Positions 41,475 to 51,660 of a stretch of 64,000 nt of DNA are shown here, piece after piece; the stretch's first letter is position 1; each line of letters starts with the position of its first letter. The translations under genes and the position numbers were made by a program. Source of the stretch: an uncultured Acidobacteriota bacterium (GTDB taxonomy: Bacteria > Acidobacteriota > UBA6911 > RPQK01 > JAPXNP01); assembly GCA_963777605.1 (NCBI GenBank), contig CAVZRV010000031.1, forward strand, positions 160,001 to 224,000, in the 5' to 3' direction. The notes below the pieces were generated by a model. That model searched no databases. It was not told the DNA's origin and saw only the letters and a list, made by a program, of their open reading frames with translations.

Positions 41475-42608
41475 GTGAACGAACAAACAACGGAACAAAT
41501 TCACCCGAAGTCTCAAGAAATGATGCCGCCCGACCACCCGAAACCGCGGGTAGTTCGCCATCTTTCTTTTCTGGACCGCTTTCTGACGCTTTGGATCTTT
41601 CTGGCCATGGCGGCCGGCGTTGCAATTGGCTACTTCGTCTCCGGCGTAGAGGGCTTCCTGGATCAATTTCGGGTCGGAACCACCAACCTTCCCATCGCCG
41701 CCGGCCTGATCCTGATGATGTATCCACCTCTGGCCAAGGTGCGCTATGAGGAACTGGGCGATGTCTTCCGCAATCGCAAGATCCTGGGCCTGTCTCTCAT
41801 CCAGAACTGGCTGATCGGTCCAGTTCTGATGTTCGTTCTGGCGGTTGTCTTCTTGCGAGGTTACCCCGAGTACATGGTGGGACTGATCCTGATCGGCCTC
41901 GCGCGCTGCATCGCGATGGTGATCGTCTGGAATGAGCTTGCGAAGGGCGACACGGAGTACTGCGCAGGACTAGTCGCCTTCAACAGTCTGTTCCAGGTGC
42001 TGTTCTACAGCGTCTACGCCTGGTTCTTCATCACCTGGCTTCCTCCCCTGCTCGGTTTGAAAGGAGTGGTGGTCGACATCACGATGAGCCAGATTGCGGA
42101 GAGCGTTTTCATCTACCTCGGCATCCCCTTCCTGGCAGGCATCCTCACTCGCTTTCTGCTGGTAAGGGCACGCGGAAAAAACTGGTATCACGAGGTCTTT
42201 ATTCCCAGAATCAGCCCTATCACCTTAATCGCGCTTCTGTTCACGATCGTGGTCATGTTCAGCCTCAAGGGCGGTCTGGTCGTGCAGATCCCGTTGGATG
42301 TCCTGCGCATCGCTGTTCCGCTGCTGATCTATTTCATCCTGATGTTCCTGGTGAGTTTCTGGCTGGGCAAGAAGGTGGGTGCAGACTACTCGAAGTCGGC
42401 AACGCTGTCGTTTACCGCCGCCAGCAACAATTTCGAACTGGCCATTGCGGTGGCTGTTTCGGTATTCGGAATCAACTCGGGGGCCGCTTTCGCAGCGGTC
42501 ATCGGCCCGCTGGTTGAAGTCCCCGTCTTGATCGGCCTCGTCAGCGTCGCGTTCTGGCTGCAGCGCCGCTGGTATAGCAATGAACTGGTTGAGCCGGAGG
42601 GCGTGTGA
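41475..42608 (+). CDS. acr3: ACR3 family arsenite efflux transporter
   Basis: [55 protein letters not shown]. Confidence 0.95.
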   Translation: MNEQTTEQIHPKSQEMMPPDHPKPRVVRHLSFLDRFLTLWIFLAMAAGVAIGYFVSGVEGFLDQFRVGTTNLPIAAGLILMMYPPLAKVRYEELGDVFRNRKILGLSLIQNWLIGPVLMFVLAVVFLRGYPEYMVGLILIGLARCIAMVIVWNELAKGDTEYCAGLVAFNSLFQVLFYSVYAWFFITWLPPLLGLKGVVVDITMSQIAESVFIYLGIPFLAGILTRFLLVRARGKNWYHEVFIPRISPITLIALLFTIVVMFSLKGGLVVQIPLDVLRIAVPLLIYFILMFLVSFWLGKKVGADYSKSATLSFTAASNNFELAIAVAVSVFGINSGAAFAAVIGPLVEVPVLIGLVSVAFWLQRRWYSNELVEPEGV

Positions 42609-42678
42609 GCAGACGAGAGCGGACCCCAGGAGGACATGAAAAATGCCGCAAACCAAGTGAGGAAAGTTAGCAGAGCGT

Positions 42679-43122
42679 ATGCTGAGCAACAAGAGAATCA
42701 AGATCCTCTTCCTCTGTACAGGCAACTCCTGTCGCAGCCAGATGGCCGAAGGGTGGGCCCGGCATCTGAAAACGGACTCGATCGAGGCTTACTCCGCCGG
42801 GATCGAGACTCATGGCCTGAATCCGAACGCCGTCCGGGTGATGGCGGAAGCTGGAGTCGACATCAGCAGTCACCGATCACAGAAGGTCACTGAACTGCTC
42901 GATATTCCCTTTGACTGGGTGGTAACAGTCTGCGGCCACGCCCACGAGACCTGCCCGGTCTTTCCGGGGAAGGCGAGGATCATCCATGTCGGCTTCGACG
43001 ATCCGCCAAAGCTGGCCAGGTCAGCCAAAACGGAGGAAGAGGCACTCGGCCACTATCGCCGGGTCCGGGACGAGATCCGGGCATTCGTGGAGCGACTTCC
43101 CGGCTATCTCGAACAACAATAG
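42679..43122 (+). CDS. arsC: Arsenate reductase (thioredoxin-coupled, LMW-PTP fold)
   Basis: FLCTGNSCRSQMAEG, TVCGHAHETCP, FDDP, RRVRDEI. Confidence 0.95.
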   Translation: MLSNKRIKILFLCTGNSCRSQMAEGWARHLKTDSIEAYSAGIETHGLNPNAVRVMAEAGVDISSHRSQKVTELLDIPFDWVVTVCGHAHETCPVFPGKARIIHVGFDDPPKLARSAKTEEEALGHYRRVRDEIRAFVERLPGYLEQQ

Positions 43123-43172
43123 GATCCGGCAACCGGTTCAGCCGAAGTCGGCTGAAAAGGAAGAACCCTATC

Positions 43173-43610
43173 ATGAAAAACGCCGTCCGTGTCCTCTTTG
43201 TCCTCTTACTGATGAGCTGGGTTGCCGCATCTCCACGTGGGGAGGTTGGAGGGAGGTCTGCCGACACGCCGGCAGGTCAGATCGTCGCTTACTACTTTCA
43301 CACCACCGCCCGCTGCTCAACCTGTCTCAAGATCGAGGCGTTGGCAAAGGAAGCCATCGAGCAGACCTACGCAAGTGAACTCGAATCGGGCAGCCTGAAG
43401 TGGCAAGTGGTCAATGTCGAGACCCCGGAGAATCGCCATTACGTTCAGGATTTCAAGTTGATCACAAAGTCCCTCATCCTGGTCGATGAGGTGGATGGGA
43501 AGCCCCGGCGCTGGAAGAACCTTGACAAGATTTGGGAACTGGTCTGGAGTCCGGAAAGCTATCGAGAGTACGTTCGCTCGGAGCTGGCGCAGTTCATCAA
43601 GGGCCGCTGA
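43173..43610 (+). CDS. Exported thioredoxin-like protein, ArsF family
   Basis: Signal peptide; YYFHTTARCSTCLKIE; WKNLDKIW. Confidence 0.8.
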   Translation: MKNAVRVLFVLLLMSWVAASPRGEVGGRSADTPAGQIVAYYFHTTARCSTCLKIEALAKEAIEQTYASELESGSLKWQVVNVETPENRHYVQDFKLITKSLILVDEVDGKPRRWKNLDKIWELVWSPESYREYVRSELAQFIKGR

Positions 43611-44290
43611 TGGAATCCCTCTGGATCGGTCTGTCGACGGCCCTCTGGCTAGGGATCCTAACTTCAATCAGCCCCTGCCCGTTGGCAACCAACATCGCCG
43701 CGCTCTCCTATATTTCGAAGGATGTGACGTCGATCGGGCGGGTTTTCGCCAACGGAGTTCTGTACACCGTTGGGCGGGCAGCGGCGTACACGATGATCAG
43801 CGTGGCGATCGTCACAAGCCTCACCTCGGTCTTCGAGACGGCCCAGTTTCTTCAGTCAGAGATGAACCGAGTTCTTGGTCCTTTGCTGATTCTGGCGGGC
43901 CTCGTTATTCTTCGCATCATCCCGATTCCACAGACGAGCGGGGAGTGGACCGGCAGGATTGGGCATCGTGTTGCCGACATCCCCGGCGTCGGCCCCGTGA
44001 TGCTGGGGGCCCTGTTTGCCCTGGCCTTCTGCCCGGTCTCAGCCGGGCTCTTCTTTGGCAGCCTGATACCCTTGGCCGTGGGAGTCGGCTCGGCGCTTGT
44101 GTTGCCCAGTTGCTTCGGTCTCGGGACAGCGGTTCCCGTGCTGGCGATATCGGTCCTCCTGGCAAGCGGGGCCAAGTCCGTGGGTTCGGTGTTTGGCAAA
44201 CTGAAGCAGCTTGAAGTCTGGGCTAGAAGGCTGACCGGTGCGATCTTTATGAGTGTCGGATTCTATCTCAGTTGGTTCTATCTTCTTTGA
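43610..44290 (+). CDS. ArsG family (CcdA/DsbD-like) membrane protein
   Basis: LGILTSISPCPLATNIAA, YTVGR, ALAFCPVSAGLFFG; TGATG coupling with the upstream gene. Confidence 0.85.
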   Translation: MESLWIGLSTALWLGILTSISPCPLATNIAALSYISKDVTSIGRVFANGVLYTVGRAAAYTMISVAIVTSLTSVFETAQFLQSEMNRVLGPLLILAGLVILRIIPIPQTSGEWTGRIGHRVADIPGVGPVMLGALFALAFCPVSAGLFFGSLIPLAVGVGSALVLPSCFGLGTAVPVLAISVLLASGAKSVGSVFGKLKQLEVWARRLTGAIFMSVGFYLSWFYLL

Positions 44291-44387
44291 ATGAGCCGCA
44301 AGGCTTCCCTGCAGACGGTCAATCGCGGGCGATCGAAGCACCGGTCTCCAGGTATTCTTAACTTTGCTGTCCAAGTCGACGTCTCCA

Positions 44388-44420
44388 ATGCGGGCAGAAA
44401 TCAAAAAGCCCGCATCTTCT
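44388..44420 (+). terminator. Possible hairpin terminator after the ars operon
   Basis: atgcgggc-N12-gcccgcat, followed by a weak pyrimidine run. Confidence 0.3.
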
Positions 44421-44690
44421 CGGAATCAAACTGGTTCTTTTTGTGTCTTGACAGAGCTCACATGAAGGCACGAATTAGCCTGATCACACTGGGCGTTCTG
44501 GGGCGGCTATGCAGCCTACTTTCAAGATCCGGATGGCCATTTGCGGGAAGTCGCCTGGAATCCGCAATCGCCGATTCCAGACTGCCGCACACAGGGAGAG
44601 CTAGGGATAGGCGGCGTTTGGAGTCGGCGGAACGATAGAGTTGCCCTTCCTGTCTTGGCCGCCGGCGCCGTTTTCGCGTATTTTCATACA

Positions 44691-45980
44691 ATGATGCAAA
44701 ATCACTCATTTGACGTCACCAACCTGGCATTTTCCCGTCGCTCGCTTCTCAGAGGTATCTCGATGCTCACCGCTGCTTCGCTGGTGGAAGGAGTCAGCAG
44801 TGCAGAGCGGACCGCGCAGCGTTCACCGCTTATGGCCTATGTGGGAACCTTCAGTTCTCCGCTGCACGATGTGCTTCCAACCCAGGTGGATTTACCGCCG
44901 GGAAATGGACGGGGGATTCATCTTTTTCAGGTTGATCGCGCCACGGGAGCGCTAACGCCGGACGGAGCTTTCGAATTAGGAACAAGTCCAAGCTGCCTGG
45001 CCGTGAATGCCGCCGGGACTCGACTTTACTCAACGAATGAGACGGATCGTGTCGGCGAAGACAAGGAAGGCACGGTCAGCGCGTTCGCCATCAACCGGGG
45101 CGACGGACAGTTGACGATTCTGAACACCGTCCCAGCCGGCGGTGCCGGCCCCACCTATGCGAGCATTCATCCATCGGGAAGGTTTCTGCTGGTGGCCAAC
45201 TACTTCGGGGGCTCTGTCGCCGTCTTTCCCATCCTGCCCGACGGCCGCCTCGCTGAGGCCTCGGACGTCAAAGTGGACTCGGGAACAATAGGGCCCCGAA
45301 GGGCCCCCCACGCTCCACCCGGAAGCTTTGCCTTCAGCGGGCACGACCGGACCCATGCGCACATGGTTGCAGCGGACCCAACGGGACGCTTCGTCTTGCA
45401 CGTCGATCTGGGTCTGGATCAGATCTTTATTTGGAGATTCGACCAGGAGCGCGGCGTTTTGATCCCGAACGATCCCCACAGGATTTCACTTCCACCCGGG
45501 GATGGACCCCGGCATTTTGATTTTCACCCGAATGGGCGCTGGTTCTACTCGATCCAGGAAGAAGGGTCAACGATCGTCCTGTTTGACTATGATGCAACCA
45601 AGGGAAGCCTTTCACCGCGCCAGACGATATCCACACTGCCGCCCGGATTCGCCGGGAGCAACTTCTGCTCTGAGATCCTGGTTTCCGGGGATGGACGGTT
45701 TGTCTATGCGGGCAACCGTGTCCACGACAGCGTCGGCATCTTCTCGGTGGGTTCCGACGGAGAATTGACGTTCGTCGGAGAAGAATGGACCCGCGGCAAC
45801 TACCCGCGGAGCTTCAACTTCGGTCCCGGCGGTGGGTTCTTCTACATCTGCAACCAGCGCGACGACAATGTCACGGTCTTCCGGGTGGATCGGAATAGCG
45901 GCCGATTGGCGTTCACCGGCCACTATGCGGCGGTCGGCAACCCCTCCGCGATCGTGTTTGTTGATCTTGCGTCGGCTTAG
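44691..45980 (+). CDS. Tat-exported lactonase (6-phosphogluconolactonase-like 7-bladed propeller)
   Basis: SRRSLL Tat motif; YVGTF, LVANYFGG, HAH, GDGPRH, YAGNR, PRSF. Confidence 0.9.
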   Translation: MMQNHSFDVTNLAFSRRSLLRGISMLTAASLVEGVSSAERTAQRSPLMAYVGTFSSPLHDVLPTQVDLPPGNGRGIHLFQVDRATGALTPDGAFELGTSPSCLAVNAAGTRLYSTNETDRVGEDKEGTVSAFAINRGDGQLTILNTVPAGGAGPTYASIHPSGRFLLVANYFGGSVAVFPILPDGRLAEASDVKVDSGTIGPRRAPHAPPGSFAFSGHDRTHAHMVAADPTGRFVLHVDLGLDQIFIWRFDQERGVLIPNDPHRISLPPGDGPRHFDFHPNGRWFYSIQEEGSTIVLFDYDATKGSLSPRQTISTLPPGFAGSNFCSEILVSGDGRFVYAGNRVHDSVGIFSVGSDGELTFVGEEWTRGNYPRSFNFGPGGGFFYICNQRDDNVTVFRVDRNSGRLAFTGHYAAVGNPSAIVFVDLASA

Positions 45981-46042
45981 CAGTGGTCCAACAACGCCCT
46001 GGAGGTGCTCAATTGGACAGCAGTGTTTCACGACGATCAATC

Positions 46043-46468
46043 CTAACCATTGTCTTTGAACAAATCTTTCATTGTTTTTCCAACTGCGTCCATGTCGTGA
46101 CTGAAGTTCGTTTTGAACTCCTGCCATTTACTCTCGCCCTCGTCTTTATATTCGTCCAACGCTCTCTTCAGGTCGCGATTCTTTTGCTCCAAATCTGCCA
46201 CTTCTTTGTCGTATTTCGCGTTGGTATCGGCATTGGTTCCTTCTTCGTGGATCTTTGCTTTAAATGCTTCAATCCTTTCTTCATTGGACCTGATTTGTTC
46301 TTCAGAAACCGTCTTGAACTTTTGCCACTCTGAAACGTAATCTGCTCTTGCATTCTTCAAGTCTTGGCTGGCTGCCTCGACCTTCTGCTCTGGCGTTTGT
46401 CCACAGCTCACCAAAAACATTCCTGCAACAGCTCCCATGGCAGCGAAAATGAGTATTTTCTTTTTCAT
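46043..46468 (-). CDS. Helical lipoprotein, lower GC
   Basis: Lipobox LVSC; charged helical repeats ending KWQEFKTNFSHDMD; AAGGAG RBS. Confidence 0.8.
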   Translation of the reverse strand: MKKKILIFAAMGAVAGMFLVSCGQTPEQKVEAASQDLKNARADYVSEWQKFKTVSEEQIRSNEERIEAFKAKIHEEGTNADTNAKYDKEVADLEQKNRDLKRALDEYKDEGESKWQEFKTNFSHDMDAVGKTMKDLFKDNG

Positions 46469-46503
46469 GGTTCTCCTTCCTTAAATGGAAACGAACGCGC
46501 CCA

Positions 46504-46584
46504 CTACCGATGCCAACGGGAGTAGCCAAAGCCGCCGCCGGTCAATAACAATACCACTAATAGAACAATCAATAAGGTTGACAT
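46504..46584 (-). CDS. 26-aa membrane microprotein (DUF3309-like), below the ORF track cutoff
   Basis: GAGG RBS; MSTLLIVLLVVLLLTGGGFGYSRWHR*. Confidence 0.65.
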   Translation of the reverse strand: MSTLLIVLLVVLLLTGGGFGYSRWHR

Positions 46585-46926
46585 AACTACCTCACACTCG
46601 AAAGAGAAAGTCGGTGGAACAGCCTCCATGGATCTCCCGCCACTTTCCCATCTCCCTTCAGCTTAAACGTGGAGAAGTTCTTCGTCAGTTCATAAGTGCA
46701 CTGAAGTCTGTTCACTTATGCACACCGGCAGCTGAAGATTCGCTCGACGAAGCAAAGGCCCCGTATAGCCCGGGATGATGACGCTGGTCGCCGTAGCCAC
46801 CACCACCGCCTCTACAGCAGAGCAGTAGTCTTCGGCCTTACCTGCAAGATGTTCTTCTGAGAGTTGGCCCCCGTCATCGACATCATGCTCCGGATTCGAA
46901 GCATTGAGTGTGGACCAGAATTGATC

Positions 46927-47061
46927 ATGGGCCACCTATGCCCCTACTGCGATGGAACTGGAACTTGCCGCACCTGCTCAGGCACTGGCAAAGACGCATC
47001 CGATCAAAGCGGAGCAGTGTACGTCTCCGGCGAAAGTGGGACAGTCGGGTCTCCGAATTAA
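46927..47061 (+). CDS. Small DnaJ-type zinc-finger-like ORF, probably frameshifted or truncated
   Basis: MGHLCPYCDGTGTCRTCSGTG (two CxxCxGxG). Confidence 0.45.
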   Translation: MGHLCPYCDGTGTCRTCSGTGKDASDQSGAVYVSGESGTVGSPN

Positions 47062-47338
47062 GAGAGACTTTGTGTCTCAGCTGACCTGGCTAATTGTGCA
47101 TTGACGGTTGGAGTCTCGCGAAAGGCCGATTATTGTGGCAATCTTGAGGTGAGATGAGAATGGCTGAGGCTGGAGCAGCGAAGTTGAGGACGCCCTGTTC
47201 CGGTCCTGTCTCAGCCTTCGGTCACCGGGTGTCTGCGGAAGCCGGTCTTTCAGCCGACGTAGTCTCTGTCACGGACAGGCTATCCGGGCAACCCCCGGGC
47301 GGTTTTCACCATCAGCAGCGGAAAGAGGGAAGCGTCTT

Positions 47339-48247
47339 ATGAAACGTCGAGAGTTCCTGGAAGGCGGAGTGAGCGCAGCCTTGGTCGTGGGACAGGCAAG
47401 TACGGGAAGCAGCCTCGGCTCCAGGGGCACTGAAACGGATCCGGGCACCCTGGCCATCGCCTGTTTTCAAGGGCGGTGCGCTGAGGACTTCGATCAGAAC
47501 TTGGCCCGAGTCCTGGAGGTCATGGACCAGTGCGGAAGGGACGGGTATGACTTCCTCTGCTTTCCCGAAGCCTATCTTTCCAACTACACCGCTGAACTGT
47601 CGGTCCCGCTGACAGATTCTCGAGTGCGTGCGATGACCGAGGCTTCGGCAAAACACGACATGGTATCCGTGGTCGGGGTCTCCGAACTCGAAGGGGACCG
47701 GGTCTTCAACACGGCCCTGGTCCTGTACCGGGGTGAGGTCCTGGGCAAGTACCGGAAAAGCATGCTGACGGGCAGCGACAAGAAGGTCTATGCCAGCGAC
47801 TACTCCCTTCCGGTTTTTGAGGCGAAGGGGCTGACCTTCGGGGTGATCATCTGCCACGACTCTTCTTTCCTCGAACCGGCCCTGACAATGCGCTGCAAGG
47901 GGGCCCGGCTTCTGTTCAGCCCGCACTACAACCGCATTCCGGCCGACCGGATGGATGAACATCGAAGGAAAGTCCGAAATACCCACATCGGACTCGCCAC
48001 GCACATGCAAATGGTCGTGGTCCGATCCAACGTGGTCGGCTGGTCGGAGGAGGGGCTGGGATACGGAGACAGCACGATCTTCTCCCCCCTCGGGGAACCG
48101 GTCGCCGTCGCCCCGCTGTTCCAGGAGACGGTCATCAGCGCGAGGTTTGAGCGTTCGGATTTCGAGCGGGAAGACTGGTCTTCCCGAAAGGAGATCCCTC
48201 GAGAGGTGACCGATCAGCTCATCAAGGCAATTACAAACGGAGTCTAG
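47339..48247 (+). CDS. Tat-exported carbon-nitrogen hydrolase (nitrilase superfamily)
   Basis: MKRREFL; catalytic triad FPE, YRK, ICHD. Confidence 0.9.
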   Translation: MKRREFLEGGVSAALVVGQASTGSSLGSRGTETDPGTLAIACFQGRCAEDFDQNLARVLEVMDQCGRDGYDFLCFPEAYLSNYTAELSVPLTDSRVRAMTEASAKHDMVSVVGVSELEGDRVFNTALVLYRGEVLGKYRKSMLTGSDKKVYASDYSLPVFEAKGLTFGVIICHDSSFLEPALTMRCKGARLLFSPHYNRIPADRMDEHRRKVRNTHIGLATHMQMVVVRSNVVGWSEEGLGYGDSTIFSPLGEPVAVAPLFQETVISARFERSDFEREDWSSRKEIPREVTDQLIKAITNGV

Positions 48248-48470
48248 AATTGCCCAGGTTCCGCAATGTAGAGCTCTGCCATCTCACTCGCGAACTTCTC
48301 TGCCACTTGAGGCTAAATATCGAATGCTTTGACCTTCCTGATCTGGAATGTACTTAACAGAGCTTCAAGATTACTTCTGCCCTGAACCCGGCAGGCGACA
48401 CGAGGGCTCTCGCAGCAGCAAACGTTGATCAACCTACGATGTACTGTCTAGAAGGGGATTGTCGGAGACT

Positions 48471-49040
48471 ATGAACTCAAAGCCTCGACGTACGTTTCTT
48501 GGGAGCATTCTCGCACTGCCGCTTATTGGTGCTATCCGTGGCGGTGCCAGCGCGGAAGAGTCGGAGCGACGCGGGATCCGAGTGATGGCAGATCAAGATC
48601 GGCACGGGCATCGGCGGAAGGTGTTCGGTTCGTTGCCAGTCGATGTGAAGGTATCTGGAACGGATACGGACGGAGGTCTGCTGGTCATCGAGCAAATCGA
48701 CGAGCGGAAAGGAGGGCCTCCACGTCACATCCACTATCTGCAGGACGAGTGGTCTTACGTCGTCCGCGGGCAATACGTAGTCGAGATAGGTGGAGAGCGC
48801 CACGAAGTTCGGAGTGGTGACTCGGTTCTCGCTCCACGTGCTATTCCGCATGTATGGGCCCACGTAGGCGAAGGCACTGGTCGGATGCTGATCGGATTCC
48901 AGCCGGCCGGACAGATGGAAGCCTTCTTCGCGGAGGCCACCAAGCTTGACGGGATTCCGGCGGGGCCGGAACTGGCTCGGTTGTTTCGCGAACATGGTAG
49001 GAGGTCCTCGGACCGCCATTGGAGCTGGTGTAGGGTTCTA
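48471..49040 (+). CDS. Exported cupin (quercetinase-like), C-terminal frameshift
   Basis: PRRTFL; VKVSGTDTDG, GGPPRHIH..QDE, PRAIPH, FQPAGQMEAFF. Confidence 0.8.
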
Positions 49041-49990
49041 TGCTGCCTGACCAGTTACAGATCGATCAGGGTGGCGTCCAGACTCACCAAAGGGTTCCTG
49101 AATCGAGATGGCTTGCGTCGCTGACCGGAGCGCAACCGGACATTGCCCCGCTAAGAGTCGAAAGACCTCTTCTCCGGCCCTTGGTCCTGCCCGTTCCCGT
49201 TCCCGGTGCCACGGAGCTGAATCCGCAACATGCCTACAGACTCAAAGCAGAAGGGCCGGTGTCCGTTCAGAATGCATCGATCCACCGATCGCCCGTCGAA
49301 ATGGAGTCGATTGTGATCCAGGAGCGCTACCCGCCGAGTTCCGAAATAGAACCCTATGCCCTCAACGGTGCACTCCAATCCGTCGGCAAAAATCGCCCCA
49401 ATGACGGTGCCGCTCGCCGCAGAAAACTGGACTTTGAGGGGTATTCCCTCGGCGCCCAACGGATACATAATCCGAACTCCCCATTTGAAGAAGTGATGAA
49501 TATTGCAGACAACTCCACCCCGACTTGCCCAATCAGTCAGTAAATTACCCGGAATTGTCCCCAATGACGGGCATGTTCGTGCCGCCATCCGTCAGAATCG
49601 TCGCTCTCCGGGCTATTCTTGCTCCCGGAGAAATTCCGTGTATGTTCAATACTGCACACGGATCTGTTTAGTTTTGTACAGTGGGGCAGGATCTCCCCGG
49701 GTTGAAGCGGACACGCGTTTCTTCCCGTGGGACGCCTTCCGGTCGAAAGAGAAACCTCTTCCTCGCTTTCGCGCTGATCTTGGTTATGACCGTATACTGA
49801 CTCGAATCGAGCTTGTTGAAGAAACGGGTTGCAGCGGATGAGTTCCTGGTTCCTGGTTTCTCGTTCCTGGAGGGAGAGTAGTCCGGGCAGGCCCTGCCTG
49901 ATATGGCGGCCGGGCAGCTTGCCCGGCGGCAGTGAACATTCTCAATCCAGGATTCTTGAATTCCGGTTCGTTCTGAAACCGTCCGCCGCC

Positions 49991-50088
49991 GGGACTGAAT
50001 CGCACTTTCAGTGCTGCATTGCCGTCTTGGCTCCGATTCCCGGGGCGTTGCCGCCGGGCTGGAAATGACCCTGCGCCGTTGGCGCGCT
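49991..50088. repeat. Further copy of the REP-like dispersed repeat
   Basis: gggactgaatcgcactttcagtgctgcattgccgtct matches 30287 onward; palindromes cccggggcgttgccgccggg and gcgccgttggcgc. Confidence 0.75.
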
Positions 50089-50526
50089 CATCTGGCGATG
50101 CTTCACCAGTTTCACTCTCTGAATGGTCCGGCGCCGCCGGGGGCCCGACTGACTTGAAACTTCACTTTGAATGAACTGGAAATCCTGGATGATTTGGACG
50201 CGTCTGGAAGGGGATTCAGGCGATCGGTGGAACTCAGAAGCCGTGGCTCTCGGCTGAATCCTGGATACCCCGATTTCAGAACGCGAGCGAGTGTCAGCGA
50301 GCGCGACTCCGGACGATGGTAAGTCACCAGAAGTGCTGCCGGAGGCCGGAACCGCGGGATGGAATCAAGATCCGGGATGGGCACTGGATGAAAGTCTGGC
50401 GTCGTTAAAATGGCAAGATGAACATGACGCCCGGTTACCTTGACAGAACCTTCGCGAGAAGTGCCCGATCCAGCTCGACGAGTGCATTCGTAAGGAGCCT
50501 GGATTGAAGCAGGCCATCATTCGGGA

Positions 50527-50690
50527 TCACTGGTCGAATCTCTTCGAAATCAAGTCGCCGAAATCAGGCAGCAAATCATACTTGTCCAACCACGTCGTGT
50601 ACATAATGCCCAAACCCCCCGGCGTCGACTCGAGGGCTTCGAGCCATCCATCGACGTCCTTCAGGTCATCCGCATCTAAGAACAGTTTTG
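50527..50690 (-). pseudogene. C-terminal remnant of a glycoside-hydrolase-like TIM-barrel protein
   Basis: DADDLKDVDGWLEALESTPGGLGIMYTTWLDKYDLLPDFG; no matching N-terminus. Confidence 0.45.
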
Positions 50691-50918
50691 ACTGGACAGT
50701 GGTGTAGCGGCTTCGCCTGATCAGGTACAGCACCAGGTTGCGAACCCGAACCCTTCGGTTTGGCGGCACCGGGATGAGCTGTTTTGGACAGAGCAGCGAG
50801 CAATATCGAACTGCAAATCCGCCTGACCTCCTTCCATGATGAGTTCAGGCCCGCTCAACAGGGTGAAGCCTGCCCAGAATACAAGTCAACCAACTCTGAG
50901 AATCCGGGAGAAGGAATC

Positions 50919-51470
50919 ATGTCAAAGAAACAAGCGATGGTGGCCATCTACACCAGACATACCGAGGCCGAAAGCGCAATCAAGAAACTTCAAAGAGCCG
51001 ACTTCGACATGAAGAAACTCTCCATTGTCGGAAAAGATTTCCACTCTGAAGAACATGTCACCGGTTACTACAACACCGGAGACAGGATGAAGTACTGGGG
51101 AAAACTGGGCGCTTTTTGGGGCGGGGTTTGGGGACTGTTGCTGGGAGCCGCCTTCTTTGCCATCCCTGGGGTCGGGCCGGTCCTGGTGGCGGGACCGTTG
51201 GTTACCTGGATCGTCGGAGCCCTGGAAGGCGCGATCGTCGTGGGTGGCGTGAGCGCTCTCGGCGCGGGACTGTACAGCATCGGCATCCCAAAAGACAGCG
51301 TGCTCAAATATGAAACCGCAATTAAGGGGGACAAGTTCCTTGTCCTCGCCCATGGCACTGCCGAGGAGGTCAGCCGTGCCCAGGACATCATTCGTACCAC
51401 CCATCCTTCTGAGGTTGCCGCCCATGAGCTGAAAACCAGGGAGGAGCCGGAACCGGTCGCGAAGCCCTGA
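50919..51470 (+). CDS. General stress / DUF1269-like glycine-rich membrane protein
   Basis: DMKKLSIVGKD.HSEEHV.GYY, WGKLGAFWGG, IPGVGP, IGIPKDSVLKYE. Confidence 0.8.
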   Translation: MSKKQAMVAIYTRHTEAESAIKKLQRADFDMKKLSIVGKDFHSEEHVTGYYNTGDRMKYWGKLGAFWGGVWGLLLGAAFFAIPGVGPVLVAGPLVTWIVGALEGAIVVGGVSALGAGLYSIGIPKDSVLKYETAIKGDKFLVLAHGTAEEVSRAQDIIRTTHPSEVAAHELKTREEPEPVAKP

Positions 51471-51660
51471 ATGCTCCAGAAACTGGAAGCTGGTCAGAGG
51501 GCCCACCCTCTCTGCATGAATCAACTTGCACTTGTGTCCCGGAGAACCGCGGATAGTGACGAAAGTTCACCGAGAAGGGCTGCTGAAGATGGCGTTCCGC
51601 ACCGTGGCATGTCAATGATCGAAGAATCAAGGTCGCACCGAAGTTTGAACGGAGGAACCG

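Noticed and set aside
35693-43610. Selenocysteine read-through in the redox proteins
   Set aside because: Active-site positions are normal Cys or other sense codons; no in-frame TGA at these motifs.
44462-44500. MKARISLITLGV, like a VOC/glyoxalase N-terminus after the ars operon (possible ArsI)
   Set aside because: Only ~12 codons before similarity ends; too short to call and not ArsI-specific.
48471-49040. Cupin as the MTXu-5P methylsulfurylase partner of the RLP
   Set aside because: It is 46 kb away, has an export leader and quercetinase-like motifs.
49040-49588. Overlapping ORFs, one containing GYSLG (alpha/beta hydrolase elbow)
   Set aside because: No good start or other catalytic motifs; strand could not be decided.
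49842-49871. Heptamer run (ttcctgg), and a similar aatccgcaatcgccg stretch at ~44560
   Set aside because: Only 3-4 degenerate units, a common intergenic short repeat with no supportable function.
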